The notes beneath the pieces were generated by a model. That model saw only the letters and a list, made by a program, of their open reading frames with translations. It was not told the DNA's origin and made no database searches. Below, piece after piece: positions 38,504 to 47,558 of a stretch of 64,000 nt of DNA (positions are counted from its first letter, which is position 1; the number at the start of each line of letters is the position of its first letter). This stretch comes from a virus. Lineage: Duplodnaviria; Caudoviricetes. The position numbers were made by a program, and so were the translations under genes. The stretch is from the IMG/VR virus record IMGVR_UViG_3300030104_006170. One strand, written 5' to 3'.

Positions 38504-40303
38504 ATGGCTTTAGGATATCAAAATAGGGATAATGCACAGAATTCTGTGGTAAGAAATAAGTTTATTACTTTTGCCACTTGTGTAAATAATTCTGACCCAA
38601 AAAGAGCTGGTAGAATTCGTGCTATACCATCAGAAGGTGAAAATGTCACAATATCCAAGTGTGATGACCCAATTCAGTGTATAAAAATATATGATGAATT
38701 AGCTGCAAAAGGTGAACTTATTATTGGTGGTTCAAAACTACAGTACATACCCTGGGGTGTAAATGACCCATATGTGTTCCCATCTTTTTTACCACTTCCT
38801 ATTAATGTTATACCTAAAGTAGGTGAAGGTGTAAAGTTAATATCTTGGGAATCGGAAAAAAATCTAAACCAGGAGTATATTGGTCCCATGATTTCACAAC
38901 CAGGTAGTATAGAATTAGAAAATTATAAAAGTGGTAAAGAAAACACTGCTGCGGGGGTTAATAACTCACCTCTTATGCCTTATGCTGTACCGGTGGGCGA
39001 TTCAAAAATAAACCCAATAAATTTACCACTCCCCCAAAGTAAAGGAAGTTTTGTGAATCCTGACGACATAGGAATTTATGGTAGAAATAATACAGATATT
39101 ATTTTAGGTATGTCGGAAAATGCTGTAGAAGACGAAACTCCGGAAGATGTTGAGGCGTCTTATCCCCAGATACTTTTACGTTCTGGTAAATTAATTAAAA
39201 ATACTTCTATTAGTTCGAGACCAACAACTAATTTTAAACCTACTTTTATACAAATAAGCACCTTTCCACAAACTCTAACTAGAGTAGAAGTGGAAAAAGA
39301 AATAGTTACAACAGAAGATTTACCTTTAAATACTTTAATAGAATATAAGATGGACCGTGCAGCCCTATGTCAATCACCAATGGTTTTTAATGGTGAAGTA
39401 GTGGTATATAAAATGCCCCCTAAAGATAGTGCAGGACAAGCACCTATGTGTTGGCAGTCTACAAATTCAACCCCATACAATACTAGTGCACCCCCAGCAC
39501 CTACTACACCACAGGTTGGTCTTACAATGAATTTTGTAAATGCTCCTTCTATAGAAGATATAGGTAGACAAATAAATTCTTTAATATCCCATATAGATAA
39601 AGAACAATGGAATAAGGTTTTAAAACAACCAAATGTTAGTTGGGCAACTAAAACATTTAGTAGTTCTGTAGATTTAAATAATCAAAATAATCTAGGTGCA
39701 TTTTTAGGTAATACACACCCATTATATTTTAGACCTGAAGCCACACTATTAGAAACAATGGAAGAAGGTGAACCTGCAGCTTGGCCTGTTCCTGGTACAT
39801 TTGATGCTGTAAAAGAAGAAGTTACAAAATTAAAAGCTACTATAGGTTTAGATGGGGTAAAAAATAAAGGTGGTGGTTTAGCTTTTGAGAATGCTGAAGG
39901 TAGTAGAGAGGTTAAACAAGAAACCAAAAAGGTAAAGGAGACTGTACCTGGACCCCCAAAACCACAACAAGAAGGTATAATTACCGCGGCAGGTGAAAAA
40001 ATATATTTATTTTCATATAACACGACTGATTTAAATGGTCCTATTACATTAACCTCTAATTACGGAATACCCCAAGCAAAATTTATAGATGATATAGATA
40101 AAAAAACTAATTCCCTTGTTAGAGGAGAAAAACTTCTGGAACTTTTAGTGAAAATGGCAGCGTTTCAAGCTAATCACACACACTCCTGTCCTGGAGTTGC
40201 TTCTTGTCCTACAGCACATGATGGTACAACCACCTCAGATATAGATAAATTAATTAAAGAAGCTGGTGAAACTATCCTTAATAAAAATATAAGGATTAAC
40301 TAG
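38504..40303 (+). CDS. Baseplate central spike / hub (T4 gp5 / VgrG-like)
   Basis: N-terminal OB-fold motif CVNNSDPKRAGRIRA; GRNNTDI; C-terminal LVRGEKL...NHTH (HxH tip motif). Confidence 0.75.
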   Translation: MALGYQNRDNAQNSVVRNKFITFATCVNNSDPKRAGRIRAIPSEGENVTISKCDDPIQCIKIYDELAAKGELIIGGSKLQYIPWGVNDPYVFPSFLPLPINVIPKVGEGVKLISWESEKNLNQEYIGPMISQPGSIELENYKSGKENTAAGVNNSPLMPYAVPVGDSKINPINLPLPQSKGSFVNPDDIGIYGRNNTDIILGMSENAVEDETPEDVEASYPQILLRSGKLIKNTSISSRPTTNFKPTFIQISTFPQTLTRVEVEKEIVTTEDLPLNTLIEYKMDRAALCQSPMVFNGEVVVYKMPPKDSAGQAPMCWQSTNSTPYNTSAPPAPTTPQVGLTMNFVNAPSIEDIGRQINSLISHIDKEQWNKVLKQPNVSWATKTFSSSVDLNNQNNLGAFLGNTHPLYFRPEATLLETMEEGEPAAWPVPGTFDAVKEEVTKLKATIGLDGVKNKGGGLAFENAEGSREVKQETKKVKETVPGPPKPQQEGIITAAGEKIYLFSYNTTDLNGPITLTSNYGIPQAKFIDDIDKKTNSLVRGEKLLELLVKMAAFQANHTHSCPGVASCPTAHDGTTTSDIDKLIKEAGETILNKNIRIN

Positions 40304-40304
40304 A

Positions 40305-40312
40305 TATTTATA
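40305..40312 (+). promoter_or_regulatory. Putative late promoter TATTTATA
   Basis: 15 nt upstream of the ATG at 40328. Confidence 0.7.
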
Positions 40313-40327
40313 GTAAAAGTAAAAAGA

Positions 40328-41821
40328 ATGATACACAGGTCATATTTTAGCAAAAACAATACTCTACTTGCAAATAACGAAGTTAATACTGGGAGAAATC
40401 CAGTAACACAACTTTTTTACGGTAAGGGTGTAACTAATAGTTGTAGATTTACTGGTTCTGCTGACCACATATGTAATGGACAAACAGGATTTACTAAAAA
40501 TTTAGATACTGGATTTAGTAGATTTATTTTTAATTTAGATTTAGAAGATTTAAGAGAAAAAATAAACAGTTGTTGTATACCCGCATTAACATCTTTAACT
40601 CACACCATAAAAATGACTAATACTTCTCATTTTGATGATACTTTGATGAATGATAAAATATTAGTTGATGGTACCAGACGTGCTACATCTTTTACTTTGA
40701 TGTTATTTAAAGCTACTACTGGTAGCTCTTGGTCAGAAGGTGTTGGTTATGATTATCAAGTTGCTGATGGTATGTTTGCACCGGAATTTGATTTAACTCA
40801 TTCTACAAGACCCAGTAATTGGTTTTCCTCGACAACTCTAAGTATGTGGGCTATTCCAGGTACCTATGATAATAATGATAATACAACTTATACTGTTTTA
40901 GACACGCAAGTTTTTGACCAAGGTAATGAAAATATAGAATTTAATAGTTTAGCACTTAATACGGAGATAAATAATTTACTAATTTTACCAACAGCAACTA
41001 CTTCAGCTAACACATATGGGATTGCTTTTATTCCAGCTTTTGAAAATATAACCGGTTTAACAGAGGCTTATTCTGTTGGTTTTTTTAGTAGACACACTCA
41101 AACATTTTATGAACCTTTTTTAGAAACTACTTTTGATGATGTTATAAATGATGATAGGGGAGATTTTCATTTAGGGGTTAATAATAGATTATTTTTGTAC
41201 GCTTATGACCATAATGGTCATCCAATATGTTTTGATTTATTACCTACTGTAGATATTAAGGACTGTAATGAAAGTACGGTTGCTACTTACACCGCAACCC
41301 AATTAACTTGTGGTGTTTATTATATACCACTATCTTTAACTAGTGTAGCACAAAGTCCACCAGTTATATATACCGATACTTGGTCTAATTTATTTGTGGG
41401 TGGTATATCACAACCTAACGTAACAAATGAATTTATAATTTATAATAATAATTTAAGTATTGGTTCAACCGCGGGTGAACCTAAAATATATGGTTATTCT
41501 GTATCTGGAATTAAAGAAGATGAAAAAGTAACTAATGGAGAAACAAGAAAAGTATTTGTTTCAACCAGAGTTCCTTACACTGTAGATGAACAAGTTTTAG
41601 TCGATAATTTGCAATATCGTCTCTATGTAACCCAAGGTACCACTCAAGTGGAGGTAATTCCTTGGACACCCATTAACAAGTCATTTACACACAATTATTT
41701 TATGTTAGATACAGGATGGATGATTCCTAATGAATATCACCTAGATATCAAAGCAACTTCTAACCAACAAGTAGATATTTATAGGAAAGTAATAAAATTT
41801 CAAGTAATTAATCAATTATGA
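40328..41821 (+). CDS. Putative structural protein (beta-rich, S/T-rich)
   Basis: 497 aa; late motif upstream; SWSEGVGYDY and YEPFLET patterns. Confidence 0.6.
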   Translation: MIHRSYFSKNNTLLANNEVNTGRNPVTQLFYGKGVTNSCRFTGSADHICNGQTGFTKNLDTGFSRFIFNLDLEDLREKINSCCIPALTSLTHTIKMTNTSHFDDTLMNDKILVDGTRRATSFTLMLFKATTGSSWSEGVGYDYQVADGMFAPEFDLTHSTRPSNWFSSTTLSMWAIPGTYDNNDNTTYTVLDTQVFDQGNENIEFNSLALNTEINNLLILPTATTSANTYGIAFIPAFENITGLTEAYSVGFFSRHTQTFYEPFLETTFDDVINDDRGDFHLGVNNRLFLYAYDHNGHPICFDLLPTVDIKDCNESTVATYTATQLTCGVYYIPLSLTSVAQSPPVIYTDTWSNLFVGGISQPNVTNEFIIYNNNLSIGSTAGEPKIYGYSVSGIKEDEKVTNGETRKVFVSTRVPYTVDEQVLVDNLQYRLYVTQGTTQVEVIPWTPINKSFTHNYFMLDTGWMIPNEYHLDIKATSNQQVDIYRKVIKFQVINQL

Positions 41822-42303
41822 AAAAAATAAGAATATCTGAAAGTGAACTAGTAGATTTAATAGAAAAACTAGTTAAAGAAAATCTAAGTAATGGTACTGG
41901 ATTTGACTTTGGTATGTTGGGTACACCTACATCAAAGTATAAGGATTTATACGAAGATGAAGATATGGAAGAGGAAAAAGAGTTAGATGAAGATGAAGTT
42001 AATGTGGATACAGCACAGACTGGTGATAAAACATTAAATGTTAATGTAATGAAACAAACTAACCAATCTGACTGGATGGGTGAAAATAAAATTACTGAAT
42101 CTCAGTTAGTTAGAAGGTTATCAAAAAAATTACATGAAGCAGAAGGAAAAGGATGTGCTGAATCAGAAGGTGGTTCTGGTTGTATTAAAAAAAGAGGAGA
42201 CGGCTGGGTTATATTAAATAACAAAAAAGGTGGTGTCTGGAGAAAATGTACTAGTGAAAAAGATTGTCAAGAACAATTAGACGCTTTTCACGCTAATAAA
42301 TAA
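41818..42303 (+). CDS. Hypothetical protein with N-terminal MKKIRISESELVDLIEKLVKE motif and a small Cys-containing C-terminal domain
   Basis: 161 aa; ATGA overlap with the upstream stop. Confidence 0.7.
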   Translation: MKKIRISESELVDLIEKLVKENLSNGTGFDFGMLGTPTSKYKDLYEDEDMEEEKELDEDEVNVDTAQTGDKTLNVNVMKQTNQSDWMGENKITESQLVRRLSKKLHEAEGKGCAESEGGSGCIKKRGDGWVILNNKKGGVWRKCTSEKDCQEQLDAFHANK

Positions 42304-42323
42304 AACTTAAAAAATTAAAAATT

Positions 42324-42389
42324 ATGAAATGTGATTGTCAAATATGTAAGTGTGGTACTAAATGTGACTGTACTTGTTGTGACTGTTAG
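42324..42389 (+). CDS. Metallothionein-like micro-protein (21 aa, 9 Cys), absent from the ORF track
   Basis: MKCDCQICKCGTKCDCTCCDC-TAG; leader AAAATTAAAAATT-ATG like other genes here; terminator 31 nt downstream. Confidence 0.7.
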   Translation: MKCDCQICKCGTKCDCTCCDC

Positions 42390-42420
42390 ATAACAGTTAA
42401 TTAAAAAATAAAGATATAAA

Positions 42421-42449
42421 AAAACCACTCAAAAGAGTGGTTTTTGTTT
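42421..42449. terminator. Bidirectional intrinsic terminator
   Basis: AAAACCACTC-AAAA-GAGTGGTTTT perfect stem between convergent genes. Confidence 0.88.
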
Positions 42450-42450
42450 T

Positions 42451-42741
42451 TTAGATATCTTCCTCATCATAATCATATTCATGAGTTACAGTTGTTCTAG
42501 TTGGTTCTGGTTCTTCTTCCACAACAACCTCATCTTTCGGTGAGAAATTTTCTGCAGCTGTAAAACCAAGACCTGCCATTACAATCCATTGTAAAGACTC
42601 GAATAAATTATTGTCAATTGTGAAATCCCAAAAAAGATTTGCTGTGTAACCAATTAACATAAATAGAAGACATACGAAAGTAACAAATCTTTTACTAGAG
42701 ACTTTACCTTCACTACTTAACATGTTTTTAAAGAAGTTCAT
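42451..42741 (-). CDS. Two-TM membrane protein, holin candidate
   Basis: Likely start is the ATG at 42741 (MNFFKNMLSSEGKVSSKRFVTFVCLLFMLIG...LQWIVMAGLGF); acidic tail; late motif upstream. Confidence 0.55.
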   Translation of the reverse strand: MNFFKNMLSSEGKVSSKRFVTFVCLLFMLIGYTANLFWDFTIDNNLFESLQWIVMAGLGFTAAENFSPKDEVVVEEEPEPTRTTVTHEYDYDEEDI

Positions 42742-42753
42742 AAGCGTTTTTAT

Positions 42754-42761
42754 TATAAATA
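42754..42761 (-). promoter_or_regulatory. Putative late promoter TATTTATA
   Basis: 12 nt upstream of the ATG at 42741. Confidence 0.7.
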
Positions 42762-42770
42762 TCAGTGCAT

Positions 42771-42797
42771 AAAAAAAAGCCCTCATAAAGAGGGCTT
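42771..42797 (-). terminator. Intrinsic terminator after the major capsid gene
   Basis: AAGCCCTC-ATAAA-GAGGGCTT stem followed by a U8 run on the - strand. Confidence 0.88.
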
Positions 42798-42822
42798 CTT
42801 TTATATATAACTTATTCAGTTA

Positions 42823-44655
42823 TTAGAATCTTTTCAATTCTCTTACATCAAATGTTCTAACTCCATCAACAGTGATTCTTCCATAGAATCTGTTGTTAAC
42901 CATTTTCTTAGCGTATCTAGTCATGATACCTTTGATTGGTGTAAAGTTGAATGGGTTATACATTGTAGGTGTCAACTGTAATGGTACATATGGTGCGTAA
43001 ACGTACCCAGTATCCAATAAAGATGTTCCTTTATGTCCAATTAACACTTGGTTAGCTGGGAAGTAAGGGTCTCTATATACAGTAAATCTACCTGATAAAG
43101 TACCTATTTTCTCAATACCCATGTTATATTGGTCTTGTTCTGGTGCTGCGTTTGAAACGTGGAAGTACTCCAAGTCATCAAATATTGCAGAAACTTCAGA
43201 AGAACATACAATCCAGTTAGCCCCACCTCTCAATGTTGACTTGTGAATTTGAGCTGATAACTGATTAATAGCAGTAATCAACGTTTGATTCCAGTCTTTT
43301 TGAGTGTAAGGTGCTTGACCTGCAGAGAATCTCTTCCATCCGTTGTAATCCCATCTTAAGTCCCAAGCTGCTCCTTTTCTAAGGTCTCTCAAGATTTCTC
43401 TATCGATTTCAGCTGCAACTTCTTCAGATAATAAAGCTGTTAATTCAGCTTCAGCATCGATGTTATGGAATGCAGAAACATCTTGTGCAAGTTCTGGTGA
43501 CCATTGTGCTCTTAATTTTCTTTCAGTAACAGAAACTGTAACAGCTTGTAAGTCGAAAGAAACTTCACCCATTTGGTCTTCAAATTCAAGAGTTGAGTAC
43601 TGTCTCCAAGTAGCTGTGATATTTTGTGACGCTGCTGTAGAACCTACATAACCATCAATCGAACGATAAGATGTTTCACCACAATCAACACATGCTGGAC
43701 ATGAAGTATCAACTTCTAAATAAATATTTCCTTGTGAATCACAAACGTCAGTTCTATCAACAATTCCAAAACCATACTTTTGTGTAACAACACGGAATAA
43801 CATTGGTTTATCAACACCGTAAACCATTGTTCCACCTGAGTTTGCGTTAGTAGAAGAATTACAACACCATACTCCAGATGCGTTTGATAACGTTAATGAA
43901 GCTAAGAACTCTTCAGTATCTTGCTCATTTCCATCAGGTCCAGTTAATTTACCAACACCAGCAGTATTAAATCCTGCTAATTTAACGATAGCACTTCTTG
44001 TACCACCTTTTGGTATACCCACACCATAACCTAAAGTTGTAGTAGCGTTACATCCAGATAATGAGTTCATCGCTGCATAATCTTGTAATGTATTACCGTT
44101 CCAAATTACGTTTGTTGTAGAAGCTGCACTTGACGTGTAGTTACCTTTTGAGTAGTCATAAAGACCGTCATCAGCTGCTGTAGGTGCGTTACCAGCATAG
44201 TACTCATCATATAATGAAGTAGATGCTGCAGAAAATGCTGCTCCTGGTGTAGTAGGTACATTAGGTGCAGTACCAGTTTCTGGTGCTCCATAAGGTGCAT
44301 AGTGTGTTCCACCTGGTTGTGCTCCAATTTTAGGTACAAAGTAGAACAATTTACCGATTGGTAAGTTCATAGCTTGTACAGAAACGATATCGTTTGCCAA
44401 TAATTTAGAGAAAACTCTTCTAATTATTGGGAAAACAACTGTTTCGAATGAACCTGAATCAGAAGCTGTAGTAGCTTCGTTGATTAGGTTTGTTGCTTGG
44501 TTTTCATATAGCTGAGCTATATTTTCTCTAACGTGACCTTTAAGTCCGTCTAGGAATCCAAGACCATCCCATTTTGCTAAGGTATCTTCTTTGATAACTT
44601 TTAGGTGTTTTAACCCAATGTTACCAACCATACCTGATTCTAATAGTGCTCCCAT
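42823..44655 (-). CDS. gp23: Major capsid protein (T4 gp23-like) with a large insertion
   Basis: IVSVQAMNLPIGKLFY, RKLRAQWSPELAQDVSAFHNIDAEAEL...EIDREI, GYVYAPYVPL, FTPIKGIMTRYA. Confidence 0.97.
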   Translation of the reverse strand: MGALLESGMVGNIGLKHLKVIKEDTLAKWDGLGFLDGLKGHVRENIAQLYENQATNLINEATTASDSGSFETVVFPIIRRVFSKLLANDIVSVQAMNLPIGKLFYFVPKIGAQPGGTHYAPYGAPETGTAPNVPTTPGAAFSAASTSLYDEYYAGNAPTAADDGLYDYSKGNYTSSAASTTNVIWNGNTLQDYAAMNSLSGCNATTTLGYGVGIPKGGTRSAIVKLAGFNTAGVGKLTGPDGNEQDTEEFLASLTLSNASGVWCCNSSTNANSGGTMVYGVDKPMLFRVVTQKYGFGIVDRTDVCDSQGNIYLEVDTSCPACVDCGETSYRSIDGYVGSTAASQNITATWRQYSTLEFEDQMGEVSFDLQAVTVSVTERKLRAQWSPELAQDVSAFHNIDAEAELTALLSEEVAAEIDREILRDLRKGAAWDLRWDYNGWKRFSAGQAPYTQKDWNQTLITAINQLSAQIHKSTLRGGANWIVCSSEVSAIFDDLEYFHVSNAAPEQDQYNMGIEKIGTLSGRFTVYRDPYFPANQVLIGHKGTSLLDTGYVYAPYVPLQLTPTMYNPFNFTPIKGIMTRYAKKMVNNRFYGRITVDGVRTFDVRELKRF

Positions 44656-44685
44656 AGTTTTTTTATTTTTTTTAAAAAGCGTTTA

Positions 44686-46212
44686 TTATAATTTAGACAT
44701 TAAGTCTTTCATCCTACTAAATTGAGGGTTTTCGTAAATTTTTGATTCCAATAATTTACCTCCACCACTAGTAGGTGATTTAGTAATTTTCTGCTCCACT
44801 GACTCAGAAATTGTTTTTGTAGGTTTAGCTACTTCCTGAGAAAGTTCTTCTTTGATTACCTTATACAACTCTTTAGAACCTTTTAATGAGTTTATCCCAT
44901 CAAAACGTTTTAATATGTTGATTTTTTCCTGCTTGGTAGTTGAATGTTCAGTAAATAGACGTGTTACGTAAGCTAAGTTTGAATTAAACACACCCACTTC
45001 ATTCAGTTTATCTCTAAAAGTTGTCAAAGCTTTCTTATAGTCAGAATTTTTAACTTTTAAAGTTTCTACCTCTTCTTTAAGAAGATTGTAGGACTTTCTT
45101 ATACGACTTTCACCAAGGTTACGATTGTTAGTGATTCCTTTTCTAAAAGAAGGCTTGTGTTTTCCACCAGACTCTCTTCCAAACCCTAAAGTTCTTGAAG
45201 CTTCTTTCATTTCGTAATCTCTATGAGTTGCTGACTGGTCACCTTTTTTAGCTCCACCTTCTTTTACTTCTTCGTAATCTAAATGTGTTGCTGATTGGTC
45301 CCCTTTTTTAGCTCCTCCTTCTTTCATTTCGTAATCTCTGTGAGTTGCAGATTGGTCTCCTTTTTTAGCACCCCCTTCCTTCATATAATCTCTATGTGTT
45401 GCTGATTGGTCTCCCTTCTTAGCACCACCTTCCTTCATATAATCTCTGTGAGTTGCGGATTGGTCACCTTTTTTAGCTCCGCCTTCTTCCATATCTTCCA
45501 TTTCCATCATGTCTCCACCTTCCTTTTCATAATCTTTAAGTTTCCTTTTCGATTCAGGTTGGTCTACGCCCATAACTTTACCATGTCCTTCGTCCATGTC
45601 ATCCATTTCGTCTAGCTCAATTTCATAAACTATTTCTTCGTCCATTTCTTCCATCTCATCCATGTCATCCATTTCGTCCATGTTATCCATGTCCATTTCT
45701 GACACTTCTGTTTTGTTTTCGTTGACTGCTTTTTTCATAGTTTTTGTTTTTTTGCTTTCGTCTAATTTAATGATGTATTCAGTATCAGTAGTATTGTCGG
45801 TTAACTCAATTTCGTCATCGTCCTGTTGGATAATGATTCCATCTTCGTCTCCCATTGCTTTAAATACTTTTAATACTTCTTCATCGGATGCTAATGTTAA
45901 ATCTAGAGGTGGCAGTTCAGGTAACTCTACGTCGTCTGTCTCGTCCTCAATATCAAGTTCCATATCATCTCCCATTTCAGTTTCCATGTCCATTTCCATT
46001 TCGTCATCGTCCATGTCATCGTCTAGGTCAATCATATCAACTTCTTCTTCTTCTTGCTCCTTAAGGTAATCGTCTGTATTTAACGATTCTTTTACTAATT
46101 CGTGAATTTCTTCCTTCATTGTTGAAGCAAGTATTTCTTTTGCATTAGACTTCATAGTTTCTTCCAACTGTTCCGCCTCGAGCAACGCTTTTTCTAAAAT
46201 TGATTCGCTCAC
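44686..46212 (-). CDS. Prohead core scaffolding protein (gp22-like)
   Basis: Lies between the protease and capsid genes; highly acidic and coiled-coil; LNEVGVFNSNLAY C-terminal motif; GTG start. Confidence 0.8.
   Translation of the reverse strand: MSESILEKALLEAEQLEETMKSNAKEILASTMKEEIHELVKESLNTDDYLKEQEEEEVDMIDLDDDMDDDEMEMDMETEMGDDMELDIEDETDDVELPELPPLDLTLASDEEVLKVFKAMGDEDGIIIQQDDDEIELTDNTTDTEYIIKLDESKKTKTMKKAVNENKTEVSEMDMDNMDEMDDMDEMEEMDEEIVYEIELDEMDDMDEGHGKVMGVDQPESKRKLKDYEKEGGDMMEMEDMEEGGAKKGDQSATHRDYMKEGGAKKGDQSATHRDYMKEGGAKKGDQSATHRDYEMKEGGAKKGDQSATHLDYEEVKEGGAKKGDQSATHRDYEMKEASRTLGFGRESGGKHKPSFRKGITNNRNLGESRIRKSYNLLKEEVETLKVKNSDYKKALTTFRDKLNEVGVFNSNLAYVTRLFTEHSTTKQEKINILKRFDGINSLKGSKELYKVIKEELSQEVAKPTKTISESVEQKITKSPTSGGGKLLESKIYENPQFSRMKDLMSKL
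45203..45488 (-). repeat. Five tandem coding repeats EGGAKKGDQSATH(R/L)DY(E)(M/V)K (54-60 nt units)
   Basis: Visible in protein and DNA; synonymous positions differ between copies; boundaries approximate. Confidence 0.92.
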
Positions 46213-46274
46213 GTTTTTTTATTTTTTTAAAAGTTTATTATTATACCGCACCGCATACCGCAGCATGGTTTATT

Positions 46275-46282
46275 AATAAATA
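46275..46282 (-). promoter_or_regulatory. Putative late promoter TATTTATT for the scaffold-capsid transcript
   Basis: 62 nt upstream of the GTG at 46212. Confidence 0.6.
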
Positions 46283-46329
46283 TAAACTTTTTGTAAAAAA
46301 TCTTTATTTTGAGGTTTTTAGTGGGGAAT

Positions 46330-47022
46330 TTATCTATTTAAGAAATTGTCTAGTTTAGACATCATAGATAATGACTTGTTTACTGTATTAGATTTTGACG
46401 ATTCTATCATTTCTGTTGGTTCATCTACACTGTCAGCTTTTTCGTCTTCTTTAAATAAATATGACCCTGGAGTTGATGGTGAAGAAACCAAATCGAAACA
46501 AATTAATTCAAAATCTTCTTGTACTTCATTATACTCTCCATTTTTAGTTAATGAACCCACACCTCTAGAAGAAATACCTAATGTTACACCTTGTCTTAAT
46601 AAATTAGCGGCCATATCACCAACACACGATATTACACCTTCTTTTAAATAACCTGGAGATGTTAATAATTTAAGTTTACCTATTAATCTATTTCCATCCC
46701 ACCAGGTTTCTGTAATTATGTGAGAAGCTCTATCTAAATCGATAAGTGAAGATTCTGGGTGGTTAAGTTCTGATATTGCACCACCTCTTTTTATAACTTC
46801 CTGGTATCTTTCGTTTTCTCTTTTTAATATATTTTCTGGGTATATTCTACCGTTTCTATTTGGGGTGTTATATTTTTGGAGTATTGCGTTCATATATATT
46901 TCACCATCGAAGTTGTCTTTTGCCATTTCTCTTAAGATTCCTTTGTTGTCATCTGGTGAAAGGTGTCCGTCATGCTCAACTAATATTCCATGACCGATTT
47001 CTCTTGCTTCTAATACTCTCAT
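46330..47022 (-). CDS. gp21: Prohead core protease (T4 gp21-like)
   Basis: NRNGRIYP, ELNHP, GISSRGVGS, FDLVSSPS. Confidence 0.95.
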   Translation of the reverse strand: MRVLEAREIGHGILVEHDGHLSPDDNKGILREMAKDNFDGEIYMNAILQKYNTPNRNGRIYPENILKRENERYQEVIKRGGAISELNHPESSLIDLDRASHIITETWWDGNRLIGKLKLLTSPGYLKEGVISCVGDMAANLLRQGVTLGISSRGVGSLTKNGEYNEVQEDFELICFDLVSSPSTPGSYLFKEDEKADSVDEPTEMIESSKSNTVNKSLSMMSKLDNFLNR

Positions 47023-47035
47023 AATATTCTTTTTA

Positions 47036-47043
47036 AATAAATA
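47036..47043 (-). promoter_or_regulatory. Putative late promoter TATTTATT
   Basis: 13 nt upstream of the protease ATG. Confidence 0.65.
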
Positions 47044-47069
47044 GTGGTGTTAGACAAAAAAATCTTATA

Positions 47070-47507
47070 TCACTTTTTAGATTTATAGAACTGAAATGTC
47101 TCGGAAGTTAGTAAAGTTTTATTTATTATCTCATTTGTGAGATTATTAACTGATTCGGAAATAGAAGGTACTTTAATATCTTTATGTTTAAGGTCTTTAA
47201 GGAATAAGGTTATTTCACACCTAAGAAAACTTCTTTTACCTTTTTTTATCCCACTAGCTCTTAAATCTAAATCTACTATAGTTTTTGTTTTGAATGGGGT
47301 TTCTGACAATTTATTATATACTCTATGTTTTATATCGTTTTTTACTTTTTTAATAGGTCTTTCCCAGTTTAGTAAGTCTTCTTTTGGTTCTGCCCAACTA
47401 GATAAATTTAAGTATATAGATTTTAGTGAAGACACATCTACAGTGCCATAGGATGTTTTAAATACATCGGAAATTTTAGTGTTTATTTCTCGTCCTTGTT
47501 TTATCAT
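47070..47507 (-). CDS. Hypothetical protein, apparently early-expressed within the head module
   Basis: 145 aa; YGTVD...KSIYL...W...IVDLDLRASGI. Confidence 0.7.
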   Translation of the reverse strand: MIKQGREINTKISDVFKTSYGTVDVSSLKSIYLNLSSWAEPKEDLLNWERPIKKVKNDIKHRVYNKLSETPFKTKTIVDLDLRASGIKKGKRSFLRCEITLFLKDLKHKDIKVPSISESVNNLTNEIINKTLLTSETFQFYKSKK

Positions 47508-47527
47508 ACCATATATTTTTTATACTT

Positions 47528-47558
47528 TAAATATAAAAAATACGTGTAGTTAGTTCAA
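47528..47558 (-). promoter_or_regulatory. Putative early promoter (TTG-N20-TATATTTA)
   Basis: Same spacing as the other early promoters; upstream of the ATG at 47507. Confidence 0.5.

Noticed and set aside
42421-42444. CACTC...GAGTG inverted repeat as a CIRCE/HrcA operator
   Set aside because: Spacer is 4 nt, not 9; the outer TTAG/CTAA arms are missing; it sits between convergent genes with A/T tails, which fits a terminator
42742-42786. Longer start (MRAFFYALIF...) for the membrane protein
   Set aside because: It lies within the capsid terminator hairpin and upstream of the late motif; 42741 fits better
9056-44339. Same-strand alternative-frame ORFs 9056-9304 and 44106-44339
   Set aside because: Nested inside long genes with no independent start context or recognisable motif
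45203-45488. Tandem repeats as a CRISPR array
   Set aside because: No unique spacers; units are in-frame coding with synonymous variation
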